From a virus, in the IMG/VR virus record IMGVR_UViG_3300020370_000002, positions 1 to 64,000 of that record: a stretch of 64,000 nt of DNA; one strand, written 5' to 3'. Below the pieces are notes generated by a model. It made no database searches. It was not told where the DNA came from and saw only the letters and a list, made by a program, of their open reading frames with translations. Position numbers and translations under genes: made by a program. Of this stretch, positions 17,954 to 28,538 are shown piece by piece. Positions within the stretch are counted from its first letter, which is position 1; each line of letters begins with the position of its first letter.

Positions 17954-20900
17954 TGTCCGAATCCTCTATAAATGCTACTGACAGACGTAGGTATGCTCCT
18001 CAAAATGATTCTTTAAACTACTCTTCTCGTGGTTTTACAGAGCAAACTATTGCAATCTCAGATGTTATTTCAGAGGGACCTATCGCTGGTTTAGTAAACG
18101 GTGGAAGTAGTATATTTTTAAATAATGATTCTTTAGAAGCGGAGGCTCAAACAGTTTATAGTGCCCCAGCGGGTGCAACAGTTGCATTAACATCTGGTAG
18201 CACAACTGCTACTGTTGATTCACAAGGAAATTCTTTTAATGTGCAGTCTGCTGTAGATGGTAAAAAATATCTACAAATATTCGATGCTTATACAATGTCT
18301 GTTACTGCAGCAGGTGTAGAATATCATGGAGGCCAAGGAAGCGGGGGTGGTTTTGTTCCTGACATGCCTAGAGGGGGATCAACAGTTATAACCAGAACTG
18401 CAGGAGCCAGCTTTACCTCTGCAATGAATACTACAGCAGGAAGTAGCCCATATGTTGCAACGCAAGAAACTATAACAAATGGCGGTGTTCGTGGAAATCT
18501 TACTATAAAATCTAGAAATTATGAACTTTCAGGAAATTTTAGTAATGTAAATACTAGCAATCAAACTGCCACATTTACTTTTGTGAATACTGCAGGATGG
18601 GCTCTTATGGGTGCAGTTGGTGATAACGAAGGGTTTGGGGGTACTACAGTTCATACACTGACCATTGATTTATACTTAGAAATTTCTGCAATAAATGGGA
18701 CTACTATAACTCTTGCAAGCGCCCCTCCTTCAGATTTATTTTCAGGATCTCCTAGAACTTTTAGCTTTGGAATTACCAGACCTATAACAACCCACAGTGC
18801 TGCGCCTGATTATGGTTCTAATACACAAGCTGATACAGAAAAATATGAGGGGGCAGGGTTTACTTTTAATCCTGGAGATGTTTTTCAGCCTGCACTTCCT
18901 GGCTTGGGTGGAGTAGGGGTTTCTTCAGTGCCTATTAGTTTTCCTTCGGGCGCACTAGAAAAAAATAATGCAAAAGTTATAACAGCAAGCGGGTCACAAG
19001 CAGCTCTAATAGATGAAGTAAAAATTCTAGTTACATACCCGAACGGCTTATATACTCAAGACGGTGGAAAGGATAAAAAATGGCCTTCAGGTGCAGCATA
19101 CCATATTGAACTAGCTATAAATAGAGGGTCGGGTGATGTGTATGAAACCGTTAGAGGAAACGGTTCAAAAGGCGGTTTATCCTGTTTCACACATGGAGGA
19201 ACTTATACTTCCGCTACAACTTTTGAATTTAGAATAAACTTAGAACAGTATCAACCTTTTCAAGCGTTCAAAATACGAATTACTAGAAAGACAATGCATG
19301 CTTTTAATGATGGGCATGTTCAATGGCCTAGTCTTAATGAAGTGTTTGGAGGAAAACATAAAATTGTAGGAACTAGTCAAATTGCGGGAGTACAAGGATT
19401 AATCAAAGAAAAATTAAATTATCCATACACCGCAATGGCAAATGTTTCTTTTAGCTCAAAATCTTTTCAATCCGTACCGTCCAGAACTTACGAGTGTCAA
19501 GGATTAAAAATTAAAGTTCCCTCAAATTATGTGACTCGGCAAGAGAATGACGGTCTCAACGCACAGTATAACAGAAATGTAAGCACGGGTGCTCTTGTAG
19601 TAGATGGAAGTAACAATCCGCTGCCTCAATTTTGGGACGGCAATTTTAGAGATATAGATGTCTTTACAGATAATCCTGCTTGGATTTTTTATGATATACT
19701 TACGAATAATCGCTATGGTTTAGGAGAGTTTTTACGTTCTACTGATATTGATAAGTTTTCTCTATATAAAATTGCAAGATATTGTGATGAGCTAGTTCCC
19801 GATGGAAAAGGAGGGCAAGAACCTAGATTTACTGCAAACTTATATCTAACAAAAGCTACTGATGCTTTCAAAGTTATGAAAGATATAGCAACTATTTTTA
19901 GAGGTATTCTTTACTGGTCTGATTCTAAATTTTTTGCAGTTATTGATGAGAAGAGAGAACCTATTTATACTTTTTCTAAGGCTAATGTTATTGATGGTCA
20001 GTTTAAATATGAGTCAACAGGAGACAAAACTCGAGCAAATCAAATAATTGTTACTTGGAATAACCCAGAGTCAGACTATAAGCTTGAACCTCTTCTAGTA
20101 GAAGACAGAGAAAATCAAATAAAAACAGGAAAAATAGTTAGTAGTAAAGCTATGGCTTATGGTTGTACTTCCCAAGGCCAAGCAGTAAGATATGGTAGAT
20201 GGAAATTATGGACGGCTATAAATCAAACAGAAGTTTTATCCTTTGAAACCTCAATAAATGCAGGATTTCTTAGTCCGGGCGACATAGTAAATATTCATGA
20301 TGAAGCAGATTTTAGGATGCCTTTTAGTGGTAGAATAAGAAGTTGTACTAATTCTGAGATTACCATAGATCGTTCTGTTGCATCAGATTTTGCAAACGGA
20401 TTTAATTATACTATTGCTGTGATAATTCCTAAAAGAACGATACTCTTGAACCAAGATAGAGCAGTTGTTAAAACATCGTCAGGAGATGTTACTCTAACAA
20501 GAGGAGACGAAGTTACAGAAGCACAAACAGAGAAAAGTGGAAGTGCGGTTACATTATTAAATGCTAGTCAAGATACCACCGATAAGAATATAGTAAGTGC
20601 GTTAGATACTTCTGGAAACTCTATAGAATTGCAGTATGCAGAGTCTCAAATAGTTGAAGAAAGAACTTTAACAACAGGAAGTGCGACTACAAACGATGGA
20701 GTAGATACAATTCCTATTTCTTCAGCTTTTTCTGAGACTCCTGCGGTGGGGGCCATTTGGGCAATAAAAGAAACCTCTACTTCTACGGCGGTAATAACAG
20801 AATCATCCTATAAGCAATTCAAAATAATGACTATAGATGAAACTAGTAAAGGAAAGTATGGAATAGTAGCAGTTCAGTATGAGCCAGGAAAATTTGATGT

Positions 20901-23781
20901 TCTTGAAAATGATTTTACTTTAGATACTCCCGATCCTTTATATTCACCTGAAGGTGTTTCTGACGTACCTGCCCCCAAAAATATACGAATACTTAGAATG
21001 TCTTCGGCAGGAAAAGACGGAGAAGAGCTAGCTCTTGCTTGGGATCCCCCCGATCCTGTGGGTAGCTCTGGTGTATCTTCTAATTATGAACATTTATCCT
21101 ATTTTGAAGTAACTCATAACTGTACTTCAAGTACTGGAAGACCTCCCACTTTTACTGTACCCGCAGAAAGAACTTCGGTAGGTTTTAATAATGTTCCTGA
21201 CGGTCTATTTGCTGTTTTTCAAATTAGAACAGTCAGCGCTAAAGGAAGAAAATCAGAAGCAGCAGTAGCAAAAATACAAGTTGAAGATATATTTAGTGGC
21301 AACTTTCCTCGAACAGGCGGAATTATAAGAGGAGGATTTTCCTCAAATGATGTAATGATGATTGATTCTGGCTCTGAGAAAGGAACTGTAAAATTTACAA
21401 ATACCTCTTTTGTGGCAGCGCCCTTCACAGATATAGAACTAGGAAAAAGAAATACAGAAGCAGATGCAAATACTTATTCTATATCTACAGCTCCTTTAGC
21501 AAACGCACAATGGCCTCAACAAAATTCTACGGGCGGTTCAGACTTGGGCTGGATATTCATGGATTTTAGTAAACTTGATGCTTCTAATCCAAACGCTGAT
21601 GCACTTAAGCTAATACAATTAAAACAAGCGGGGGACTCAGAATATGGAGTAGAGTATTGGTATGATGGAACTAAATTTATAGCGGATTCGGATAGTATAT
21701 GGACAGGTGTAGGAAATGTTGCAGTAACTCAAGGAGAGAGAAAAGTAACGGGTTCAGGATTTAACTCTAGCTTAAAAATACCTGATACTGTAAGAATTGG
21801 TACTTTTGGGGCAAAAGTTGCTTATGTAGAAAGCGATACCGTTGCATACCTAACACATGCGTATACAGGAAGTACAAGCGCAAGTATAGCTATGCATACA
21901 CAGGAACTTGATATAGATTATGATACAGATTTCTTAGTTTGTGCAGTTCACTACACCGCATCTGAGAATGATAGTGCAGGCCAGTCTGGAAAATATCGAA
22001 TAAGTGGTAATGGTATGACTTTCTTAGAAATTACTCCAGACCTAAATGCAATAGGAAGATCTGTAGTTGTTAATTCTCCTGTCCCTTTCTTACAATACCA
22101 AGCAGATAATACTCAAGTTACAACTTATGCTAATATTCAACTTACTATGGCTGCCGTTAATTTTGATGAGGCAGAGTTTAAAGTAACAGGTAGTGGTTTT
22201 AGTCAAGTAAACCAAAGTCAAGAAGGTGTTTTCACTACAGGTACAAATAATTCTCGTACAGTTACTGTCCATAACAGTAGTAGTGCTATAACTTACTCTG
22301 CAACTCCCATAGATTTTACAGTAACTGCAAGAGAAAAGTCTGATCCAGATAATACAAGCAAGCAAGTAACTTCTACTTTCTCTATAGGAAAAATAAGGGA
22401 GGGTATACAAGGTAACTCGACAGCTCTGGTATATTTATATAAAAATAGTGAGGACGATCCTGGCTCAGTAGGAAACTCTTTTCCTACCGTTACAGTAGCA
22501 CTCTCAGGTACGGGAGCAGGGACAATTACAGGAGTCTCTTCTGGCGTTATATCAGGGGCGGGACAAATTGGAAGCACGGGATGGTTTAAAACTCCACAAA
22601 CTCCTAATACAAACGAAAAAATATGGGTAGTTGCAGCAACTGCAAACGGCTTAGGAACTACAGATACAATTCTTAATACTGAATGGACCTCTCCAGTACA
22701 ATTCTCAGGAGCAGACGGAAACCCAGGACCTGGGGGTTTCAGTAGCGCAACAGTAGAAATATTTAAACTAAGCACTGTTGGCACTGGGTCAACAACTACA
22801 CCAAACCAAGCTTTAACTTATAAGTTTTCTGATGGAACTTTAAAAAATAGTTCAGGAGTTGCTCAGAATACTGCTGGCAATGTTACAGGTTTTAATGGCT
22901 GGAGAACAGTTGCTCCAAATCCTGATAGCACTAATAAATATTTATATAAAAGAACTGCAGCAGCGATAGCAACAACTTTAGCTACTCCTGCTAATACTAC
23001 CGCCAGTATAGCTACAAATGACTGGTCTGACGCTATTTTAATAGCTCAACTTGTAGAAGGAGGTCCAGGAGCTCCTGGTAAATTATCAATAACTGGTACT
23101 TTGTACTATCAAACTGGAGTTGTGGCTGTGGGAGGAAGTTTTACTCCTCCTAGTGTCCCTAGTGGCAGTATAAATTTTAGATTTAGTGACAATAAGTTCC
23201 AAGAGGGAGGCTCCTTCTTAGACACTGTAGATGGTTGGGCACTTAAAACTCCAACTTTTGCACCTTTTAATGCTAGTGATGTTGCGCAAAAATGGTATGC
23301 TTGTACTTTCTCAGCAGAAGAAAACGAATCTGAAGGAGACATAGCAAGTGGCAGTAATCTTACCTTTGTTAATGTTACAGAGGTACATTCGTTTGATGGT
23401 GTTGTTGCCTTTACAGATTTAGAAAATGCGGGAGGAAGTACAGTAATACAAGGAGAGTATATAAACACGGGACAAATCAAAAGAGGTAGCCCTGAAGCAT
23501 CAGAGATAGACGGTACTAATTTTGTAGGTAATGGTGAATTTGTTATTAACTTGTTAGATGGAACAATTAATACTCCTAAATTTAAAGTTAAAGGAAGTAC
23601 GGGAGACGCAGAGTTTAAGGGCTCCGTAAAAGGAGGCTCTTTTGAGGGTACAAACTCCTTGCTTACAAATGCAGGAGATAAAATTACGGTAGGAAATAAT
23701 GTCACCATAGACGGACAAAATCAACAGATTAAGATAACAGATGCATCTGGTAATACGCGCGTAGTATTAGGAAAATTATAG
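17953..23781 (+). CDS. Central tail fibre / host specificity protein, lambda gpJ-like
   Basis: 1942 aa; ISEGPI.GL, TDNPAWIFYDILTNNRYGLG, YCDELV, GCTSQGQA.RYGRW, FN3 region, C-terminal RVVLGKL. Confidence 0.92.
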   Translation: MSESSINATDRRRYAPQNDSLNYSSRGFTEQTIAISDVISEGPIAGLVNGGSSIFLNNDSLEAEAQTVYSAPAGATVALTSGSTTATVDSQGNSFNVQSAVDGKKYLQIFDAYTMSVTAAGVEYHGGQGSGGGFVPDMPRGGSTVITRTAGASFTSAMNTTAGSSPYVATQETITNGGVRGNLTIKSRNYELSGNFSNVNTSNQTATFTFVNTAGWALMGAVGDNEGFGGTTVHTLTIDLYLEISAINGTTITLASAPPSDLFSGSPRTFSFGITRPITTHSAAPDYGSNTQADTEKYEGAGFTFNPGDVFQPALPGLGGVGVSSVPISFPSGALEKNNAKVITASGSQAALIDEVKILVTYPNGLYTQDGGKDKKWPSGAAYHIELAINRGSGDVYETVRGNGSKGGLSCFTHGGTYTSATTFEFRINLEQYQPFQAFKIRITRKTMHAFNDGHVQWPSLNEVFGGKHKIVGTSQIAGVQGLIKEKLNYPYTAMANVSFSSKSFQSVPSRTYECQGLKIKVPSNYVTRQENDGLNAQYNRNVSTGALVVDGSNNPLPQFWDGNFRDIDVFTDNPAWIFYDILTNNRYGLGEFLRSTDIDKFSLYKIARYCDELVPDGKGGQEPRFTANLYLTKATDAFKVMKDIATIFRGILYWSDSKFFAVIDEKREPIYTFSKANVIDGQFKYESTGDKTRANQIIVTWNNPESDYKLEPLLVEDRENQIKTGKIVSSKAMAYGCTSQGQAVRYGRWKLWTAINQTEVLSFETSINAGFLSPGDIVNIHDEADFRMPFSGRIRSCTNSEITIDRSVASDFANGFNYTIAVIIPKRTILLNQDRAVVKTSSGDVTLTRGDEVTEAQTEKSGSAVTLLNASQDTTDKNIVSALDTSGNSIELQYAESQIVEERTLTTGSATTNDGVDTIPISSAFSETPAVGAIWAIKETSTSTAVITESSYKQFKIMTIDETSKGKYGIVAVQYEPGKFDVLENDFTLDTPDPLYSPEGVSDVPAPKNIRILRMSSAGKDGEELALAWDPPDPVGSSGVSSNYEHLSYFEVTHNCTSSTGRPPTFTVPAERTSVGFNNVPDGLFAVFQIRTVSAKGRKSEAAVAKIQVEDIFSGNFPRTGGIIRGGFSSNDVMMIDSGSEKGTVKFTNTSFVAAPFTDIELGKRNTEADANTYSISTAPLANAQWPQQNSTGGSDLGWIFMDFSKLDASNPNADALKLIQLKQAGDSEYGVEYWYDGTKFIADSDSIWTGVGNVAVTQGERKVTGSGFNSSLKIPDTVRIGTFGAKVAYVESDTVAYLTHAYTGSTSASIAMHTQELDIDYDTDFLVCAVHYTASENDSAGQSGKYRISGNGMTFLEITPDLNAIGRSVVVNSPVPFLQYQADNTQVTTYANIQLTMAAVNFDEAEFKVTGSGFSQVNQSQEGVFTTGTNNSRTVTVHNSSSAITYSATPIDFTVTAREKSDPDNTSKQVTSTFSIGKIREGIQGNSTALVYLYKNSEDDPGSVGNSFPTVTVALSGTGAGTITGVSSGVISGAGQIGSTGWFKTPQTPNTNEKIWVVAATANGLGTTDTILNTEWTSPVQFSGADGNPGPGGFSSATVEIFKLSTVGTGSTTTPNQALTYKFSDGTLKNSSGVAQNTAGNVTGFNGWRTVAPNPDSTNKYLYKRTAAAIATTLATPANTTASIATNDWSDAILIAQLVEGGPGAPGKLSITGTLYYQTGVVAVGGSFTPPSVPSGSINFRFSDNKFQEGGSFLDTVDGWALKTPTFAPFNASDVAQKWYACTFSAEENESEGDIASGSNLTFVNVTEVHSFDGVVAFTDLENAGGSTVIQGEYINTGQIKRGSPEASEIDGTNFVGNGEFVINLLDGTINTPKFKVKGSTGDAEFKGSVKGGSFEGTNSLLTNAGDKITVGNNVTIDGQNQQIKITDASGNTRVVLGKL

Positions 23782-23804
23782 CTCTTACCCTCAAAAAATA
23801 AACC

Positions 23805-23833
23805 TTGACTAAGGAGGTGGATTGTATTATAAT
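23805..23833 (+). promoter_or_regulatory. Sigma70-type promoter for the fibre cluster
   Basis: AAAAAATAAACC-TTGACT-N17-TATAAT. Confidence 0.75.
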
Positions 23834-23853
23834 TACACCATGGAGAAAAACTT

Positions 23854-24192
23854 ATGAGTGCAGGAACATATAACTTAGTAGTCGACCAAGGCTCTAGCTT
23901 TGCTCTTGACTTGGCAATTAAGCAAGCAGGATCAGCTTTAAACTTGACTAATTATACTGGTCGAGCACAGCTGCGTACGGCTCACTCTGCTTCTTCTGTT
24001 TCTGCTACTTTTACAGTTACTAAAACTAATGCAGCTCAAGGTACTTTAAAATTGGAGCTGTCAGCAACTCAAACTGCTAACTTACCTGCAGGACAATATG
24101 TATATGATTTAGAAATTTTCACTTCAGGCGATGCTATTGTTAAAAGAATTTTGCAGGGAGACGTAACTATAACACCGGAAGTCACACGATGA
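23854..24192 (+). CDS. Fibre collar/adaptor protein (T5 p132/BppU-N-like)
   Basis: DQGS.F, NLTNYTGRAQLR, YVYDLEI, ILQG.VTITPEVTR. Confidence 0.7.
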   Translation: MSAGTYNLVVDQGSSFALDLAIKQAGSALNLTNYTGRAQLRTAHSASSVSATFTVTKTNAAQGTLKLELSATQTANLPAGQYVYDLEIFTSGDAIVKRILQGDVTITPEVTR

Positions 24193-24599
24193 GTACTCAA
24201 ACTACCTTGGAGCTTACAGAAGAAGTTACAGAAGTTGCTGTAACTGGAGATACTATTAGTGTTACTATAACTGACGATATTACAGAAGTTCAAGCATATA
24301 CATTAGCAATACCCATAGATACTCCGGGTCAGCTTGCTGCAGCAAACGTAACAGTAGTACCTTATAATACTATTACATCTAATACACTACAAAGTGCTTT
24401 AGAAGAGCTAGCGGATCAGAATTTTAGAGGCACAAGTACTCCTTCTTCGAATATACAAGAAGGGGATACGTGGTATGACACAGATGACGATCAATTTAAA
24501 GTCTATAGAGAGACAAGTTCTGGGAACTTTGCATGGGTTCCTATAATGGTAGGAAACATCTCACCCGACTCAGACACAATAGACGCAGGATCCTACTAG
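24189..24599 (+). CDS. Virion structural / fibre-associated protein
   Basis: Thr/Val-rich; PSSNIQEGDTWYDT and terminal DAGSY motifs. Confidence 0.55.
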   Translation: MSTQTTLELTEEVTEVAVTGDTISVTITDDITEVQAYTLAIPIDTPGQLAAANVTVVPYNTITSNTLQSALEELADQNFRGTSTPSSNIQEGDTWYDTDDDQFKVYRETSSGNFAWVPIMVGNISPDSDTIDAGSY

Positions 24600-24617
24600 G
24601 ATATTTCGGAGTTTTAA

Positions 24618-25730
24618 ATGGCTCAAACAATGAAAATCAAAAGAAGTACCGGGACTGGCAAACCCACTTCGGTAGCACAGGGTGAGCTATTTTATGCGTA
24701 CGGTACAGGGGGTACTTACGGTAAACGACTCGCTATAGGCCATGTCAACGGCGGGGGCGATACTCCAGAGATTATCGGTGGTAAGTTCTTTACTGATTTA
24801 CTCGATGTTACAGCAGGAAATATAACTGCTAGTAAAGCCCTACTTCTAGATGCCAATTCTACTGTAGATGAATGGAAGATTAGAGCACAAGGACAGTTAA
24901 AACTTTTTGAAGCAACTGCAAATGGAAGCAATTATTTAGGTATAAAAGCTCCTGCAACAGTTAATAGTGATCTTACTTATACTCTTCCTGCAGAAGCAGT
25001 AAATGGTAGATTTTTACAAACAGACGGTTCGGGAGTTTTATCTTGGACTGCTGTTGCAACAACTATTCTTATAGGGGCAGATTCGGGTAGTAATGATACT
25101 GTAAATCTTGGCGAAACTATTAACTTTACAGGAACAACCAATGAAATTGAAACCACGGTATCTAATAATGAAATAACAATAGGATTACCTGATAATGTTG
25201 TTATAGCGGGTAATCTAACAGTTAATGGTACAACTACTACTATTAATACAGCTACTCTTGATGTTGAAGACTCCTTAATTCAGTTAGCAAAAGCAAATAC
25301 TTCTTCAGATAGTATAGATATTGGTCTTTATGGTATCTATGACACAGGAGGCACTGATAAATATTCAGGATTATTCAGAGATGCTTCTGATTCAGGAAAA
25401 TGGAAACTATTTAAAGACAATCAAGCCGCTCCTGCTGCAACAGTTAACCCTTCTGGAACAGGATATGCAGTAGCTACTCTTGTTGCCCACCTTGAAGACT
25501 CAAATATTACTGTTACAGGTGGATCAATTACAGGCATTACTGATCTTGCAGTAGCAGATGGAGGTACAGGACTTTCAGCAATTGCAAAAGGATCTATACT
25601 TGCAGCAAATTCAGCAAACGTACTCACAGCAGTAGATGGTGGAGGATCAACAGATAAAATGTTGTTATATACAGCATCTTCTGACACGATTTCATGGTCA
25701 AATACTATAGACGGCGGAACTTATTCATAA
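24618..25730 (+). CDS. Tail fibre protein
   Basis: MKIKRS..GEL N-terminus, LQTDGSGVLSW, LAVADGGTG, IDGGTY fibre motifs. Confidence 0.75.
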   Translation: MAQTMKIKRSTGTGKPTSVAQGELFYAYGTGGTYGKRLAIGHVNGGGDTPEIIGGKFFTDLLDVTAGNITASKALLLDANSTVDEWKIRAQGQLKLFEATANGSNYLGIKAPATVNSDLTYTLPAEAVNGRFLQTDGSGVLSWTAVATTILIGADSGSNDTVNLGETINFTGTTNEIETTVSNNEITIGLPDNVVIAGNLTVNGTTTTINTATLDVEDSLIQLAKANTSSDSIDIGLYGIYDTGGTDKYSGLFRDASDSGKWKLFKDNQAAPAATVNPSGTGYAVATLVAHLEDSNITVTGGSITGITDLAVADGGTGLSAIAKGSILAANSANVLTAVDGGGSTDKMLLYTASSDTISWSNTIDGGTYS

Positions 25731-25742
25731 TAGGAGATAGCA

Positions 25743-26861
25743 ATGGCAATGGTAATTAAGCCAAAGCGGAAGTTTACTGCTGGTGCTCCTACAACGTCAG
25801 ACATTGTAGAGGGTGAAATTGCAATTAACACCGCCGATAAGAAGTTATACGTTAGAGATAACTCTAATGCTATAATTGAAATCGGGGGTGCTGCTGGTAC
25901 AACGGCAGAAATTACACAAAATAGTCATGGTTTTGTAGTTAAAGATGCTATCTATCATAATGGAAGTGCTTGGGCAAAGGCACAAGCAAACTCGGTAAAT
26001 AGTTTAGCGCTTGGAATTGTTACTGAAAAAACTACTAATACATTTGTAGTTGCACAGTCGGGAAGGTTTACAATAAGCTCTCACAGTCTTATAGTTGGAC
26101 AGTGGTACTACTTAAGCGCGTCTTCAGCAGGAGGGCTTGTTACTACAGAGCCAGTTATTTCTCAACCGATAGTGTATGTAGAAGATGCAAATACTATACA
26201 AATTTTTCAGTATCGTCCTACAAATTTACTGGTAAACGGTAGTTCAAGTATAATACCGGGCAATAACACAGTAACATCAGCAAAGATAGTAGATGGCACA
26301 ATCGTAGCGGCAGATTTAGCAACAAATGCGATTACAACAGCAAAGATAACAGACTTAAATGTTACAACAGGCAAAATAGCGAATGATGCTATTACAGCTG
26401 CAAAAATAGATAATGACGCAGTAGGAGCTGCAGCAATAGCTGATGACGCAGTAGGAGCTGACGCAATAGCTGATAACTCCGTAGATATTGCACGTTTAAA
26501 TGTAACTGATGGTTCGAATGGTCAGTTTTTAAAAACGAATGGTTCAGGTACTCTATCTTTCGCCTCAATAACTCCTGATAGTGGAAGACCCTACACAGAC
26601 TGGGCAATAAAAACAGGCACGTATACGGCAGTTGACAAGGATCAACTTATAGCAAATAGCGGAAGTGCTTTTACTATTACACTTCCAGCAGGTTCGGCAG
26701 GAAACACAGTAATTATCTGTAATGCGGGAGCAGGAACTGTAACAATCGGAAGAAACGGGAGTCAAAAAATAAATAGTGCAGCAGAGGATGGTACTTTACC
26801 TCAGGGCAATAGCGTTCAACTTGTGTATGTAAGTGATCCTATTGGTTGGTTCGAGATTTAA
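25743..26861 (+). CDS. Tail fibre protein with 10-aa shaft repeats
   Basis: GEIAINTADKKLY; repeated (N/D)AIT.AKI.D decamers; C-terminal adaptor domain paralogous to 34176-34637. Confidence 0.75.
   Translation: MAMVIKPKRKFTAGAPTTSDIVEGEIAINTADKKLYVRDNSNAIIEIGGAAGTTAEITQNSHGFVVKDAIYHNGSAWAKAQANSVNSLALGIVTEKTTNTFVVAQSGRFTISSHSLIVGQWYYLSASSAGGLVTTEPVISQPIVYVEDANTIQIFQYRPTNLLVNGSSSIIPGNNTVTSAKIVDGTIVAADLATNAITTAKITDLNVTTGKIANDAITAAKIDNDAVGAAAIADDAVGADAIADNSVDIARLNVTDGSNGQFLKTNGSGTLSFASITPDSGRPYTDWAIKTGTYTAVDKDQLIANSGSAFTITLPAGSAGNTVIICNAGAGTVTIGRNGSQKINSAAEDGTLPQGNSVQLVYVSDPIGWFEI
26413..26472 (+). repeat. 30-bp tandem duplication in the fibre shaft
   Basis: ATGACGCAGTAGGAGCTG(CA/AC)GCAATAGCTG x2, 28/30 identical. 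Confidence 0.9.
26601..26849 (+). repeat. Paralogous fibre C-terminal domain, copy 1 (copy 2 at 34377-34625)
   Basis: W..KTGTYTA...DQLIANSGSAFTITLP...NAGAGTVTIGRN...QLVY...IGW in both. Confidence 0.85.
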
Positions 26862-26863
26862 TT

Positions 26864-27886
26864 ATGGCAGTATTAGGAGGAGCAGCAGCAGGGGGTGGTG
26901 GTCAACTACCTACTATAAGTTTTATGACGTCTCAGGCCTGGACTCCTTCATATGACTTAACAGCTTATGTATATGTAATTGGTGGAGGAGGCGCTGGAGG
27001 CTCCACTAATAATTCTGTAGGAGGCGCTTGTGGTGGAGGTGCAGGCGGATGCGCTGTAAGCAAGTTAGATCTTAAATCTGGTACAACTTATACGATTACA
27101 ATCGGAGCAGGAGGAGCTGCTCAGTCTGCTTCAAACACTAATACAAATGGTAATAACGGAAACAATACCACTTTTGTGGATGGCTCTAGCGTTATATCCA
27201 CAATGACTGGAGGCTTAGGATATGGAGGAGTTACGAGACCCAGTAATGATAGTACACAGGCTGCTGGAGCTAATGGAGGAACTGCAAGTGGTGGTACTTT
27301 AGGTAATTTTACAGGTGGAAAGGGCGCAGCAATAACAGCATCAGTAAATAGTGTGGCTTATATCATGGGTGGGGGAGGAGCTGTTGGACTTTGGGCAAAT
27401 GGAAATGATGCTCCTGATGCACTTAGCCATTATGGGTATACCGTACCAGGTGCTATGTTAAATGTAGAGAAAGGAGATCTTCCCGCAAATAAATATTATA
27501 ATCGTATGAACGAGGGAGGTGCAGACGATCACGAACTTAGTGGATACCCAACAATCGAAGCTTTTACGGGAATTCTTACTACGGAAGTTAGCTATGCCGA
27601 CTACATTTCGACGGCTGGCTCATATGCCGATTATGATCATACTTTTGAAAAAAGAACAGGAGCTCTGGATGCTAAAGGCCGAGGATTTACTCATAGCAGC
27701 AAAGTTTGGATGGGTATGTCTCCCCCTTTTCAAGGTGCTAATGGCTGGAGTGGTGCAAATGGTTATGGTCAAAGAGGTTGTGCAGGTTCTGGGGGAGGGG
27801 GCTCTTATGCTTACTCGAGCGCTACCTATGGTGGAGCAGGCGGAAACGGGCTTGTACTTATCTTTCCAATAAGTTTAGGAGCATAA
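26864..27886 (+). CDS. Glycine-rich fibre tip / adhesin
   Basis: VIGGGGAGG...GGGAGG, ITIGAGG, GGAGGNGLV; start adjusted to ATG 26864. Confidence 0.7.
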   Translation: MAVLGGAAAGGGGQLPTISFMTSQAWTPSYDLTAYVYVIGGGGAGGSTNNSVGGACGGGAGGCAVSKLDLKSGTTYTITIGAGGAAQSASNTNTNGNNGNNTTFVDGSSVISTMTGGLGYGGVTRPSNDSTQAAGANGGTASGGTLGNFTGGKGAAITASVNSVAYIMGGGGAVGLWANGNDAPDALSHYGYTVPGAMLNVEKGDLPANKYYNRMNEGGADDHELSGYPTIEAFTGILTTEVSYADYISTAGSYADYDHTFEKRTGALDAKGRGFTHSSKVWMGMSPPFQGANGWSGANGYGQRGCAGSGGGGSYAYSSATYGGAGGNGLVLIFPISLGA

Positions 27887-27887
27887 T

Positions 27888-28202
27888 ATGCCAAACATTA
27901 AGATAATAAAAGATGGAGTAAGTAATATTATAGTAGCTTCTATGTCTTTTGCGCAAAAAGCATACCCTACAAGTGCAGGATACTCCCATGAGAATCTTAC
28001 ACTAGAGCCGACAGAAGAAGAATTACTAAACGTTAGAAAAATTCATGCACGAGAGTGGAGAGATAATGAACTTTTAAAGACAGATTCTCTTTCGCTTCTT
28101 ACAGACCACCCAAAGAAAACAGAAATAGCTGCGTATCGAGTAAAATTAAGAGACTGGCCGAGTACATCAGACTTTCCTAATACTCGACCAGTAATGGAGT
28201 AA
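27888..28202 (+). CDS. Tail fibre assembly chaperone
   Basis: AREWRDNELLKTD...YRVKLRDWP motif. Confidence 0.75.
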   Translation: MPNIKIIKDGVSNIIVASMSFAQKAYPTSAGYSHENLTLEPTEEELLNVRKIHAREWRDNELLKTDSLSLLTDHPKKTEIAAYRVKLRDWPSTSDFPNTRPVME

Positions 28203-28205
28203 CCT

Positions 28206-28535
28206 ATGTCATCATCGCCAGTAGCAGCAAGTATATCATCAATAACATTAAATGCAAGCACGAGTAATATTACAGAGTTTGTGTCTACCTCTAACCAGAC
28301 TACCTACTCAATTACTTATACTCCAAATGCAATACTTGTGTTTTTAAACGGAATACTACTAGATAATGGAGTGGATTATACAGCAACAAACGGTACTTCG
28401 ATAGTTTTAACAAACGGAGCAGCAGCAGATGACGTTCTCACAGTAGATAAAGGAAACTATACTTTTACTGCTACATCAGTGGGGGCTCCCGCATCAGTAG
28501 ACGATGCCACAGCTCTGGCAATCGCATTGGGATAA
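28206..28535 (+). CDS. Fibre-associated structural protein
   Basis: VFLNGILL..GVDYTATNGTSIVL; C-terminal ALAIALG. Confidence 0.6.
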   Translation: MSSSPVAASISSITLNASTSNITEFVSTSNQTTYSITYTPNAILVFLNGILLDNGVDYTATNGTSIVLTNGAAADDVLTVDKGNYTFTATSVGAPASVDDATALAIALG

Positions 28536-28538
28536 ATT

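Noticed and set aside
4712-23708. Many antisense ORFs in the track (e.g. 4712-5104, 12774-13298, 22293-22784, 23109-23708), and likewise plus-strand ORFs inside 38000-62300
   Set aside because: They are shadows of well-supported genes on the opposite strand, with no motifs or SDs
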